DNA of 64,000 bases from Anaeramoeba ignava BMAN (taxonomy: Eukaryota; Protista; Anaeramoebae): positions 62,001 through 126,000 of the forward strand of contig JAPDFW010000061.1 in NCBI GenBank assembly GCA_028826165.1, given 5' to 3'. A program made the position numbers and the translations under genes. Of this stretch, positions 37,800-51,030 are shown in pieces (the first letter of the stretch is position 1; the number at the start of each line of letters is the position of its first letter). Below the pieces are notes generated by a model. The model saw nothing but the letters and a program-made list of their open reading frames with translations. It was not told where the DNA came from and did not search any database.

Positions 37800-38150
37800 T
37801 TTGATTTTAATTTTGATTTTAATTTTAATTTTAATTTTAATTTTAATTTTAATTTTAATTTTAATTTTAATTTTAATTTTAATTTTAATTTTAATTTTAA
37901 TTTTAATTTTAATTTTAATTTTAATTTTAATTTTAATTTTAATTTTAATTTTAATTTTAATTTTAATTTAATTTTAATTTTAATTTTGATTTTGATTTTT
38001 AATTTTAATTTTAATTTTAATTTTGATTTTAATTTTGATTTTAATTTTAATTTTTAATTTTAATTTTAATTTTGATTTTAATTTTAATTTTAATTTTGAT
38101 TTTAATTTTAATTTTAATTTTAATTTTAATTTTAATTTTAATTTTAATTT
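37800..38150. repeat. (ATTTTA)n intergenic microsatellite
   Basis: Directly visible between the RCC1-BTB paralogues. Confidence 0.9.
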
Positions 38151-39880
38151 TAATTTTGATTATTAAATTTATTAATTAATAAATCAAATAAATTTGGATT
38201 TGTTTGATTTAATTGAAAATAATCAATTCCAATTTCTAATTCTTGAATGATTTCTTGTGTAATATTCAAATATTTGAAATGATTTATTACTTAATTCACT
38301 ATAATCTGTAACTTTATTTGAATTATCATTTGTTACAGATAAAAACATTCCTCGATATAATTCACTTCTCATTATTAATATTAATTTAGGAAATTTATAT
38401 TTCTTTTCATTTCTTTCAATTATAAAATCTTTTTCATTTTCATTTTCATTTAAATAAATTCTTTTCATTGTTTCTTCAATTTTTTCATTGGAATTTATAA
38501 TTTCTTTAATTTCAGAATATAGTTTTGGATTTATTTTGGAATTGTTTGAATAAATCATTTCAAATATTTGATTTGATTCTTTAATTGATTTTTTTGAAAT
38601 AATTTCTTGAAGTTTTTCAATTTGATTTTCATTTTCATTTTGATTTAATCTATATTTTAATATTAATTTATGAGCTTTGATTATTTCTCCATTTTCTGTT
38701 TTAAATGAAATATTACAAAATTCTTTTCTTTCAAATAATTTTATCAAATCTCCTTCAAGATTGGAAAAAGAAGGAGGAGAATAATAAAGAAATGAATTAT
38801 TTTCTGAACAAGAAACATGATAATTGGAAATATCTTCATTAAATCTTAATTTAGGAAGTTCAATTTGAATTGGAATTAATTGTGTATTTCTATCTCCAGT
38901 TCCTAATTGAGCTATAAGAATTTTTTCCAAATCCTATCATTTTCTTATTGAAAGTTAAAATCAAAGTATGAGCATTTCCAACAGAAAAATCAAGAATATC
39001 ATCATCTTCTTCAAATAAAGATGATTTGATTTCAGTAAATTCGTGAACATGTTTATTTTTGCCAAGTCCGTTTAATCGATGATCTCCGCATGAATAAATT
39101 TTTCTTTTTTGATTTTCAATTTCAATCAACATTATTGAATGATTAAATCCAGATTGAATATCAATTATTTTGCCTTTTGGAATATTTTGGATTTTGGTTA
39201 ATTTTTTGATTTCTTTTATTCTTGATTCTCCCAATCCAAGTTGACCATATTGATTATTTCCACATCCAAATAATTCTTGATTTGAATTTAAAAGAAAAAC
39301 ATGAATTGAAATATTTCCTGAAAATATTTTAGAAACATTTTTCATCATTAAAATTGGTTTTTCTGTTTTTTTGAGTGTTTCAGAATCAAAACCAAGTTCG
39401 ACCATCTTGATTTGAACCAATTCCATAAGCATTTTGATTTGAAGTTAATAAATAAATTGAATTATCTCCAGAAACAATATCTTCAATTATTCTATCATTT
39501 TTATCTTCAATTAATGATGAAATATTGATAAATTCTTTTGGATTTTGTGGATTAATATTTTTTCCTTTGGCAAATACATTTCCTTCTATTGTTAAAATAG
39601 CTTCATTCCAAGAGCCAACAGTTACTTTTTGAATATTTTCTTCAATTTGGATTTTTTGAGGATTTTGATTTGAATATCTTAAGTATTCTATTGCTTTTCC
39701 ATTTTTAAAAAGGAAAATTGTTGAATAATTTCCTGATGAAATTTGTTTAATTTGTTTTTCATTTTCATTTTCATTTTCATTTTCAAATTTAAATTGAATT
39801 GGAGTAGGATTATGGAAAGAAAATTTGTATTCTGTGAATGAAAGTAAATTATTGAAACCAAAAATCCAAACATCATTCAT
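38150..39880 (-). CDS. RCC1-repeat + BTB-like protein, paralogue B. Frameshifts near 39400, 38925 and 38260
   Basis: ORFs 39386-39880, 38890-39432 and 38223-38930 join into a collinear paralogue of A: GCGNNQYGQLGLG, SVGNAHTLIL, EFCNISFKTENGEIIKAHKLILKYR. Ends ...LLINKFNNQN* at 38150. Confidence 0.8.
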
Positions 39881-39934
39881 TTTTAAAAAGAAAAAAATGA
39901 AAAAAATGAAAAACTAAAAAAAAAATGAAAAAAA

Positions 39935-40520
39935 TATATTTAAAATTAAATTATAAAAATAAAAAATATATTTAAATAAAATTATAAATTTATTAATAAT
40001 ATTTAATTATTTTTATTATTTAAATTAATTTGAAATAAAATCAAAAAATAAAATTAAATAAAATAAATTTAATTATTAATATTTATTAATTAAAATATTT
40101 TTATTCCACTTTTTTTTTGAATTAAAAAATATATTTAAAATTAAATTATATTTATTAATAATATTTAATTATTTTTATTATTTAAATTAATTTGAAATAA
40201 AATCAAAAAATAAAATTAAATAAAATAAATTTAATTATTAATATTTATTAATTAAAATATTTTTATTCCACTTTTTGAATTAAAAATATATTTAAAATTA
40301 AATTATATTTATTTATAATATTTAATTATTTTTATTATTTAAATTAATTTGAAATAAAATCAAAAATAAAATTAAATAAAATAAATTTAATTATTAATAT
40401 TTATTAATTAAAATATTTTTATTCCACTTTTTTTTGAATTAAAAAATATATTTAAAATTAAATTATATTTATTAATAATATTTAATTATTTTTATTATTT
40501 AGATTAATTTGAAATAAAAT
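39935..40520. repeat. Satellite family B (~160 bp), ~3-4 copies
   Basis: TTCCAC marker at about 40104, 40266 and 40422. Same unit as 42775-45295. Confidence 0.88.
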
Positions 40521-40554
40521 CAAAAAAAAATAAAAAAAAAGATAAAAAAAATAA

Positions 40555-40627
40555 CTCTCGGGGGAGGGCTCGAACCTCCAACCTTTTGATTAACAGTCAA
40601 ACGCGCTGCCGATTACGCTACCCAAGA
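40555..40627 (-). tRNA. tRNA-Asn(GTT), copy 1
   Basis: Reverse complement is TCTTGGG TA GCGTAATCGGCAGCGC G TTTGA CTGTTAA TCAAA AGGTT GGAGG TTCGAGC CCTCC CCCGAGA G: full cloverleaf, anticodon GTT, followed by a T-run terminator. Confidence 0.97.
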
Positions 40628-40829
40628 TATTTTAATTAATAATTTAATTTAAATTATTTTTTTTTTCTTATTTTTTTTTTTAAAAAATTTATATTATTAA
40701 TTTAAAAATTTTTTATTTTTTTTTATTTATTTTTTTTTAATTAATTTTTATTCATTTTTTTTCATTTTTTCTTACTTATTAATTATTATTTATTCCATTT
40801 AATTCATTTTTTATCATTTTTTTTAAATT

Positions 40830-42775
40830 AATTTTCAAATTAAATATTAATTAAATATTAATTTATTTTTGATTAAAATATTTATTCCACTTTTTTTTAT
40901 TTAAATTAATATAAATTATTTTAATAATAAATATTAAATATTAATTAAATATTTTTTTGTTTTGAATTATTTATTAATTATTTTCAAATTAAATATTAAT
41001 TAAATATTAATTAAATTTTGATTAAAATATTTATTCCACTTTTTTTATTTAAATTAATATAAAATATTTTAATAATAAATAATAAATATTAATTAAATAT
41101 TTTTTTGTTTTGAATTATTTATTAATTATTTTCAAATTAAATATTAATTAAATATTAATTAAATATTAATTTATTTTTGATTAAAATATTTATTCCACTT
41201 TTTTTATTTAAATTAATATAAATTATTTTAATAATAAATATTAAATATTAATTTAAATATTTTTGTTTTGGATTATTTATTAATTATTTTCAAATTAAAT
41301 ATTAATTAAATATTAATTAAATATTTATTTATTTTTGATTAAAATATTTATTCCACTTTTTATTTAAATTAATATAAATTATTTTAATAATAAATATTAA
41401 ATATTAATTAAATATTTTTTGTTTTGGATTATTTATTAATTATTTTAATAATAAATATTAATTAAATATTAATTAAATATTTATTTATTTTTGATTAAAA
41501 TATTTATTCCACTTTTTTTTATTTAAATTAATATAAATTATTTTAATAATAAATATTAAATATTAATTAAATATTTTTGTTTTGGATTATTTTCAAATTA
41601 TTTTCAAATTAAATATTAATTAAATATTAGTTAAATATTAATTTATTTTTGATTAAAATATTTATTCCACTTTTTTATTTAAATTAATATAAATTATTTT
41701 AATAATAAATATTAAATATTAATTAAATATTTTTTTGTTTTTGGATTATTTATTAATTATTTTAATAATAAATATTAATTAAATATTAATTAAATATTAA
41801 TTTATTTTTGATTAAAATATTTATTTCACTTTTTATTTAAATTAATATAAATTATTTTAATAATAAATATTAAATATTAATTAAATATTTTTTGTTTTGA
41901 ATTATTTATTAATTATTTTCAAATTAAATATTAATTAAATATTAATTAAATATTAATTTATTTTTGATTAAAATATTTATTCCACTTTTTATTTAAATTA
42001 ATATAAATTATTTTAATAATAAATATTAAATATTAATTAAATATTTTTATTTTTGAATTATTTATTAATTATTTTCAAATTAAATATTAATTAAATATTA
42101 GTTAAATATTAATTTATTTTTGATTAAAATATTTATTCCACTTTTTTTTATTTAAATTAATATAAATTATTTTAATAATAAATATTAAATATTAAGTAAA
42201 TATTTTTTTATTTTTGGATTATTTATAAATTATTTTCAAATTAAATATTAATAAAATATTAATTAAATATTAATTTATTTTTGATTAAAATATTTATTCC
42301 ACTTTTTTTTATTTAAATTAATATAAATTATTTTAATAATAAATATTAAATATTAATTAAATATTTTTTGTTTTGGATTATTTAATAATTATTTTCAAAT
42401 TAAATATTAATTAAATATTAATTAAATATTAATTTATTTTTGATTAAAATATTTATTCCACTTTTTATTTAAATTAATATAAATTATTTTAATAATAAAT
42501 ATTAAATATTAATTAAATATTTTTTTATTTTGAATTATTTATAAATTAATTCCAAATTAAATATTAATTAAATATTAATTAAATATTTATTTATTTTTGA
42601 TTAAAATATTTATTTCACTTTTTTTTATTTAAATTAATATAAATTATTTTAATAATAAATATCAAATATTAATTAAATATTTTTTTATTTTGAATTATTT
42701 ATTAATTATTTTCAAATTAAATATTTATTAAATATTAATTAAATATTAATTTATTTTTGATTAAAATATTTATTC
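40830..42775. repeat. Satellite family A (~157 bp), ~12 copies
   Basis: TATTCCAC(T)n marker at about 40885, 41035, 41193, 41351, 41507, 41665, 41824, 41980, 42136, 42297, 42456, 42613 and 42773. Confidence 0.92.
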
Positions 42776-45295
42776 CACTTTTTGAATTAAAAATATAATT
42801 AAAATTAAATTATATTTATTAATAATATTTAATTATTTTTATTATTTATATTAATTTGAAATTAAATCCAAAAATAAAAATTAAATAAAATAAATTTAAA
42901 TATTAATATTTATTTATTAATTAAAATATTTTTATTCCACTTTTTTTTGAATTAAAAATATATTTAAAATTAAATTATATTTATTAATAATATTTAATTA
43001 TTTTTATTATTTATATTAATTTGAAATAAAATAAAAATAAAATTAAATAAAATAAATTTAATTATTAATATTTATTTATTAAAAATATTTTTATTCCACT
43101 TTTTTTGATTAAAAAATATACTTAAAATTAAATTATATTTATTTATAATATTTAATTATTTTTATTATTTAAATTAATTTGAAATAAAATAAAAATAAAA
43201 TTAAATAAAATAAATTTAATTATTAATATTTATTTATTAAAATATTTTTATTCCACTTTTTTTGAATTAAAAAATATATTTAAAATTAAATTATATTTAT
43301 TAATAATATTTAATTATTTTTATTATTTAGATTAATTTGAAATAAAATCAAAAAATAAAATTAAATAAAATAAATTTAATTGTTAATATTTATTTATTAA
43401 AATATTTTTATTCCACTTTTTGAATTAAAAATATATTTAAAATTAAATTATATTTATTAATAATATTTAATTATTTTTATTATTTAAATTAATTTGAAAT
43501 TAAAATCCAAAAAATAAAATTAAATAAAAATAAATTTAATTATTAATATTTATTTATTAAAATATTTTTATTCCACTTTTTGAATTAAAAATATATTTAA
43601 AATTAAATTATATTTATTTATAATATTTAATTATTTTATTATTTAGATTAATTTGAAATAAAATCAAAAATAAAAAATAAAATTAAATAAAAATAAATTT
43701 AATTATTAATATTTATTTAATTAAAATATTTTTATTCCACTTTTTTTGAATTAAAAAATATAATTAAAATTAAATTATATTTATTAATAATATTTAATTA
43801 TTTTTATTATTTATATTAATTTGAAATAAAATCCAAAAATAAAATTAAATAAAATAAATTTAAATATTAATATTTATTAATTAAAATATTTTTATTCCAC
43901 TTTTTTTGAATTAAAAATATAATTAAAATTAAATTATATTTATTAATAATATTTAATTATTTTATTATTTAAATTAATTTGAAATAAAATCCAAAAATAA
44001 CAAAATAAAATAAATTTAATTATTTATATTTATTATATTAAAATATTTTTATTTTAATTATTTTTATTTTTTAAATTAAAAATAAATTTAAAATTAATAA
44101 ATTAAAATATTTTTATTCCATTAAAAATATTATTTATTATTTTTATTATTTAGATTAATTTGAAATAAAATCAAAAATAAAATTAAATAAAAAATAAATT
44201 TAAATATTAATATTTATTTAATTAAAATATTTTTATTCCACTTTTTTTTGATTAAAAAATATAATTTAAAATTAAATTATATTTATTAATAATATTTAAT
44301 TATTTTTATTATTTAAATTAATTTGAAATTAAAATCAAAAAATGAAATTAAAAAATAAATTTAATTATTAATATTTATTTATTAAAATATTTTTATTACA
44401 CTTTTTTTGGAATTAAAAAATATATTTAAAATTAAATTATATTTATTAATAATATTTAATTATTTTTATTATTTAAATTAATTTGAAATAAAAATCAAAA
44501 ATAAAATTAAATAAAATAAAATTAATTATTAATATTTATTAACTAAAAATATTTTTATTCCACTTTTTTAATTAAAAATATAATTTAAAAATTAAATAAT
44601 ATATTTATTTAATAATATTTAATTATTTTTATTATTTAAATTAATTTGAAATAAAATCAAAAATAAAATTAAATAAAATAAATTTAATTATTAATATTTA
44701 TTAACTAAAATATATTTATTCCACTTTTTGAATTAAAAATATATTTAAAATTAAATTATATTTATTAATAATATTTAATTATTTTTATTATTTAAATTAA
44801 TTTGAAATAAAATCAAAAATAAAATTAAATAAAATAAATTTAATTGTTAATATTTATTTACTAAAATATTTTTATTCCACTTTTTTTTGATTAAAAAATA
44901 TAATTAAAATTAAATTATATTTATTAATAATATTTAATTATTTTTATTATTTAAATTAATTTGAAATAAAATCAAAAATGAAATTAAAAAAATAAATTTA
45001 ATTATTAATATTTATTTATTAAAATATTTTTATTCCACTTTTTTTGAATTAAAAAATATAATTAAAATTAAATTATATTTATTAATAATATTTAATTATT
45101 TTTATTATTTAAATTAATTTGAAATAAAATCAAAAAATAAAATTAAATAAAATAAATTTAATTATTAATATTTATTAACTAAAATATATTTATTCCACTT
45201 TTTTTTGAATTAAAAAATATATTTAAAATTAAATTATATTTATTAATAATATTTAATTATTTTTATTATTTAGATTAATTTGAAATAAAATCCAA
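42775..45295. repeat. Satellite family B (~160 bp), ~15 copies
   Basis: Unit TTCCAC(T)nGAATTAAAAATATA...ATTAATTTGAAATAAAATCAAAAA... recurs about every 160 bp from 42773 to 45193, with one irregular unit near 44050. Confidence 0.92.
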
Positions 45296-45324
45296 AAAAA
45301 TAAAAAAAAAGATAAAAAAAATAA

Positions 45325-45397
45325 CTCTCGGGGGAGGGCTCGAACCTCCAACCTTTTGATTAACAGTCAAACGCGCTGCCGATTACGCTACCCAAGA
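45325..45397 (-). tRNA. tRNA-Asn(GTT), copy 2, identical to copy 1
   Basis: Same 73-nt sequence and flanks, 4770 bp from copy 1. Confidence 0.97.
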
Positions 45398-45594
45398 TAT
45401 TTTAATTAATAATTTAATTTAAATTATTTTTTTTTTCTTATTTTTTTTTTTAAAAAATTTATATTATTTATTTAAAAATTTTTTATTTTTTTTTATTTAT
45501 TTTTTTTTAATTAATTTTTATTCATTTTTTTTCATTTTTTCTTACTTATTAATTATTATTTATTCCATTTAATTTATTTATTTATCATTTTTTT

Positions 45595-46865
45595 AAATTA
45601 TTTTCAAATTAAATATTAATTAAATATTAATTTATTTTTGATTAAAATATTTATTCCACTTTTTTTTATTTAAATTAATATAAATTATTTTAATAATAAA
45701 TATTAAATATTAATTAAATATTTTTTTGTTTTGGATTATTTATTAATTATTTTCAAATTAAATATTTATTAAATATTAATTAAATATTAATTTATTTTTG
45801 ATTAAAATATTTATTCCACTTTTTTTTATTTAAATTAATATAAAATATTTTAATAATAAATAATAAATATTAATTAAATATTTTATTGTTTTGAATTATT
45901 TATAAATTATTTTCAAAATAAATATTAATTAAATATTAATTTATTTTTGATTAAAATATTTATTCCACTTTTTTTTATTTAAATTAATATAAATTATTTT
46001 TAATAATAAATATCAAATATTAATTAAATATTTTTGTTTTGGATTATTTATAAATTATTTTCAAAATAAATATTAATTAAATATTTATTAATTTTAATTT
46101 ATTTTTGATTAAAATATTTATTCCACTTTTTTTTAATTAAATTAATATAAAATATTTTAATAATAAATAATAAATATTAATTAAATATTTTTTTATTTTG
46201 GATTATTTATTAATTAATTCCAAATTAAATTTTAATTAAATATTAATTAAATTTTAATTTATTTTTGATTAAAATATTTATTCCACTTTTTTTATTTAAA
46301 TTAATATAAATTATTTTAATAATAAGTATTAAATATTAATTAAATATTTTTGTTTCGGATTATTTATAAATTATTTTGAAATAAAATATTAATTAAATAT
46401 TAATTAAATTTTAATTTATTTTTGATTAAAATATTTATTCCACTTTTTTTTAATTAAATTAATATAAATTATTTTAATAATAAATAATAAATATTAATTA
46501 AATATTTTTATTTTGGATTATTTATTAATTATTTTCAAATTAAATATTAATTAAATATTTATTTATTTTTGATTAAATATTTATTCCACTTTTTTTTTAT
46601 TTAAATTAATATAAATTATTTTAATAATAAATATTAAATATTAATTAAATATTTTTTTGTTTTGGATTATTTATAAATTATTTTCAAATTAAATATTAAT
46701 TAAATATTTATTTATTTTTGATTAAATATTTATTCCACTTTTTTTTTTATTTAAATTAATATAAATTATTTTAATAATAAATATTAAATATTAATTAAAT
46801 ATTTTTTTGTTTCGGATTATTTATTAAATTATTTTCAAAATTAAATATTAATTAAATATTTATTT
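45595..46865. repeat. Satellite family A (~150-160 bp), ~8 copies
   Basis: TTCCAC marker at about 45654, 45814, 45963, 46121, 46281, 46438, 46584 and 46733. Confidence 0.9.
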
Positions 46866-46919
46866 AAAAATTTGTTTATTTTTATTTATTTTTTATTTAA
46901 AATAATTTAAATTTTTAGT

Positions 46920-49900
46920 TTATTTTTGTCGATTTTGTAAATTGTTTGCAAATTGACTTAAATTACTCAAATTTGTATAAATTTCAGAAAGACTCAAATT
47001 CTCTTTTTGTATTTCAGATTCTTGACTAAGAATATTACTTGCTTTTTCATATTCAGATAACTTAAATTCAATTCTCCATAACATTGAAAAACTTTCTATT
47101 GGATATTTCAATACAAAATTTTGAAACTGATCAGGATATTTTGAATTCAAATCAAAAGTTGAATGAATTTTCTTGTTTTGAATCAAATAACGAAAAACAG
47201 TTTCAGAAAAAAAATTCATTTCTTCTTTTCCATTTTTTTCCAAGTATTTTTCCAAATATTTTCCAACTAATTCAGGCTTTTTTGTATAATCACAAACAAA
47301 AGTAATTGAATCAAAATCTTCATATTTTTCCGACAAAAAAAGGGCTTCTTCTTCTAGTTTCAAGCAAACCAATGATTTTAATATTTTGTGTTTTTTTGGG
47401 ATCAAAACGGGCAAGTTTTCTTTTGTAAATTTCACAAACAAAAAATCACTTAGTGAAACAAATTGTTGAATAAGATCATGAGTTTGAATTTTTTGCAAAT
47501 GATTTCTCTGTTTTTTTTGGAGAGTTTGAATTATTTTTGCTGTTATTTTCCAGCATTTTTTAGCACAAACATTGAATTCGTGAGAAAAAATATATAATTG
47601 ATTCAAATTACTGCTTTGAATTAACTTGAGAAATAGCAGCTCTTCCATATGATCATTACTGAAATTTTTGGGGAAATCTTTCCCTAAATCGGATACATTG
47701 ATATCAAAGAAAAATTCCACAAATCTCAGGTAAAAAGTCTTTCCCACAAAAATGATCAAGAGAATAATTTTGTTTAAATCTTCAATTCTATTGATGTATT
47801 TCTTTTCCAGCCAATCCTTCTTATTTCTCTGAACTGCGTTAATGATTTTGTTGATATTTTTTGTTATTTCACTTGGATTTGCGAAATGAGTCTTTAAAAA
47901 GTCAATATAATTTTGTTTGTTTTTTTTGTTTAAATCAAGATCTAGAATCGAAACCATTTCGTAATAAATGAGATCATTTCTATTTTCATTGAAATGGTTT
48001 AAAATTTGGGAAGTAATTGCAATTTTTTCTTCAAATTCTAAGATTGATTGGATTGTTTTTTGATCCAATTTGGAGAGTAGATTGTATTCTTTCAAAAAAT
48101 CATTCAACAAGAATACATCTTCCAATTTTTTGGATTGTTGGTTTTTCTCGCTGAAGAATTGGCTAATAAAATCGAAAAGTTGTTTATAATTTTGTGTATT
48201 TTCGTTGTTTTCTTTGGATTGTTTAAAAATTTTATGGGATGAAATGATTTTTTGAAGATTTTCTTGGTCGTTATTTTTATAAAGTTGGAAAGCGATATTT
48301 ATTATGTTTTCATTATCACTTTCATTATCACTTTCGATATCACTTTCAATATTAATTTCACTTTCATTTTCATTTTCATTTTCATTTTCATTTTCTTTGA
48401 TTTGATAAACATATTTTTGAGTAACAATAAAAATAGAATCATCAATTTTTTGAGAACCAAGAACAAAATTTTCTTCATTTCCAAAAACAATTTGATCTGT
48501 TTTAACTTCTTTTAAATTTTGAATTGTTGAAGTGATTATAATTTCTGGTGTTGTTATAATTTGAATAAATAAATTCTCTTCTTTTTTTGATTCTAAAGCA
48601 TAAAATTGAAGTTTTTCAAGATTTAGATTAAAATTATTTGGAGGAAAACTCACATAAATTTTGTAATTATTTTGGAAAATAATTTCTTCTTCTTTAAATA
48701 CAAATTGAGCAACAGAAAAATTTTGTTTTTGAAGATCATTTAAAATTTGGAAAAGTATGAAAATATTTTGACTAATCAAAAAAAAAAAAAAAGGAAACCA
48801 AATTTAGAATTAATTTTTTGTTTCCAAAAAAAAAAAAGGAGTTTACTTTAAAATTTGGAAATCAAGAAGTTTGATTTGAGTTTTATCTTTTTCATCTTCT
48901 AAGTTTTGGTTCAATTGATTTGAAATTTGCTTTTTGATGTTAATCTCCCATTTTTTAAGAAGATTTGGTTCTTCTTTTTCCAAATTGAGTTGAAATAATT
49001 GAAAGTCTTTTGATTTCAAAACGAAAATTTGGTTTTGGTTTTGCAAAAGACGAATAATTGGTTGAGAATTTGATTGAGAATTTTGGTCATTTTTTCCAAA
49101 AAAAGGAGATAATAAAAGATTAAATAAATTTTTAAGCAGATTGAGTTTTCCAAATCTATTAATTGAAATTGTAAAAATATTTTCTTTGTTTGATTTCAGA
49201 AAAACGAGGTCTAAATTTCCCAAAGAAGTTCCAAGAAGAATTATTTCTTCATAAATTGTATTATTTTGGGATTTATGATCCAAACAAGAAATTGCGGAAG
49301 TGATTTTTTCTTTTGAATCCAGAATTGATTCTTTTTCTTGAAGATAAACATCTTTGTTTTGATTTTTTTCTTGATTATTTTTTCTTGATTATTTTCTTGA
49401 TTTTTTTCTTGATTTTTTTCTTGATTTTTTTCTTGATTTTTTTCTTGATTTTTTTCTTGATTTTTATTTGATACAAACCAATCTTTAATGTTTCCTGTTT
49501 TTGAAATTAAAAATATGTTTTGAAGTGATTTTGTTTTTTGATTTTGCTTTGTTATTATGGATTTGACTTCGAAATTTTCTTTTTCTTCTTCTTTTTCTTC
49601 TTCATGAAAAATTGAGAAATTGAAAAAGTTTTTCTAGAAGATGTTTTTATAATTTTTTTTTGCAAATTAAAATTAATTTTGAAATTAGTTTAAAAATTTA
49701 AATTGATTTATAAATTGAAATTGATTTATAAATTGAAATTGATTTATAAATTGAAATTGATTTAGAAATTGAAATTGATTTATAAATTGAAATTGATTTA
49801 TAAATTGAAATTGATTTGGAAATTGAAATTGATTTATAAATTGAAATTGATTTGGAAATTGATTTATAAATTGAAATTGATTTAGAAATTAAAATTGATT

Positions 49901-51030
49901 TATAAATTGAAATTGATTTATAAATGGAAATTGATTTATAAATTGAAATTGATTTAGAAATTGAAATTGATTTAGAAATTGAAATTGATTTGGAAATTGA
50001 TTTATAAATGGAAATTGATTTATAAATTGAAATTGATTTGGAAATTGATTTATAAATGGAAATTGATTTATAAATGGAAATTGATTTATAAATTGAAATT
50101 GATTTGGAAATTGATTTATAAATGGAAATTGATTTATAAATTGAAATTGATTTATAAATTGAAATTGATTTATAAATTGAAATTGATTTATAAATGGAAA
50201 TTGATTTATAAATTGAAATTGATTTATAAATTGAAATTGATTTATAAATTGAAATTGATTTATAAATGGAAATTGATTTATAAATTGAAATTGATTTAGA
50301 AATTGAAATTAATTTATAAATTGAAATTGATTTATAAATTGAAATTGATTTAGAAATTGAAATTGATTTATAAATTGAAATTGATTTGGAAATTGGTTTA
50401 TAAATTGAAATTGATTTATAAATTGAAATTAATTTATAAATTGAAATTAATTTATAAATTGAAATTGATTTATAAATTGAAATTGATTTGGGAATTGATT
50501 TGGAAATTGATTTATAAATTAAAATTGAAATTGGTTTATAAATTGAAATTGATTTATAAATTGAAATTGATTTGGAAATTGAAATTGATTTGGAAATTGA
50601 TTTAGAAATTGAAACTAACTTCTTTAGATAAAATATCCCAAATCCAAATTGTAGATTTTTCATTTAAACTTGCCAAAAAATTATTTTGGAGATTAAATTG
50701 AAAATCTTTAGAATTAAATTTTGATAAAAAATCTTGAACTTGATTTGAATGATTTAATTTTTTAATTAGAAGATTTTCAATTAATTCATTTTCTAAATCA
50801 TTTTCTAATTCAATTTCATTTTCTAATTCATTTTCCAATTCATTTTCTAATTCATTTTGATTTTGATTTTCTAATTCATTTTCTAATTCATTTTCTAATT
50901 GATTTTGATTTTGATTTTGATTTTGATTTTGATTTTGATTTTCTAAATCAATTTCTAATTCATTTTCTAAATCATTTTCTAATTCATTTTCATTTTGATT
51001 TGAAAATTTTTCGTTATTTTTTTTATTCAT
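46920..51030 (-). CDS. NUP133: Nucleoporin Nup133-like protein. Exons 51030-50620, 49633-48847 (1-nt frameshift in the EKNQ repeat near 49380), 48771-46920
   Basis: The C-terminal ALFLSEKYEDFDSITFVCD...FFSETVFRYL...MLWRIEFKLSEYEKASNIL...LSNLSQFA matches the Nup133 pattern (LAEKY.DF..L...C; SWLH.I....EKA...L; LSKLA). N-terminal propeller-like TIWIWD and ILLGTSLGNL. GT-AG introns are in phase. Confidence 0.75.
49698..50612. repeat. 18-bp minisatellite (AAATTGAAATTGATTTAT)n with 12-bp variants, filling Nup133 intron 1
   Basis: Directly visible. It produces the SIYKSI and KLIYKL pseudo-ORFs. Confidence 0.92.

Noticed and set aside
35025-39880. Programmed ribosomal frameshifting or an alternative genetic code as the explanation for broken ORFs
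   Set aside because: Breaks are indels at different positions in each paralogue, mostly in homopolymers or repeats. Single-copy genes translate cleanly with the standard code.
39935-46865. CRISPR-like array (regularly spaced conserved motif)
   Set aside because: The sequence between motifs is itself repeated rather than unique spacers, there are no cas genes, and the context is eukaryotic.
49698-50663. 321-aa SIYKSI-repeat ORF
   Set aside because: It lies in Nup133 intron 1, bounded by a GTTAGT donor and a TAG acceptor, and is out of frame with exon 1. It is stop-free only because of the 18-bp unit.
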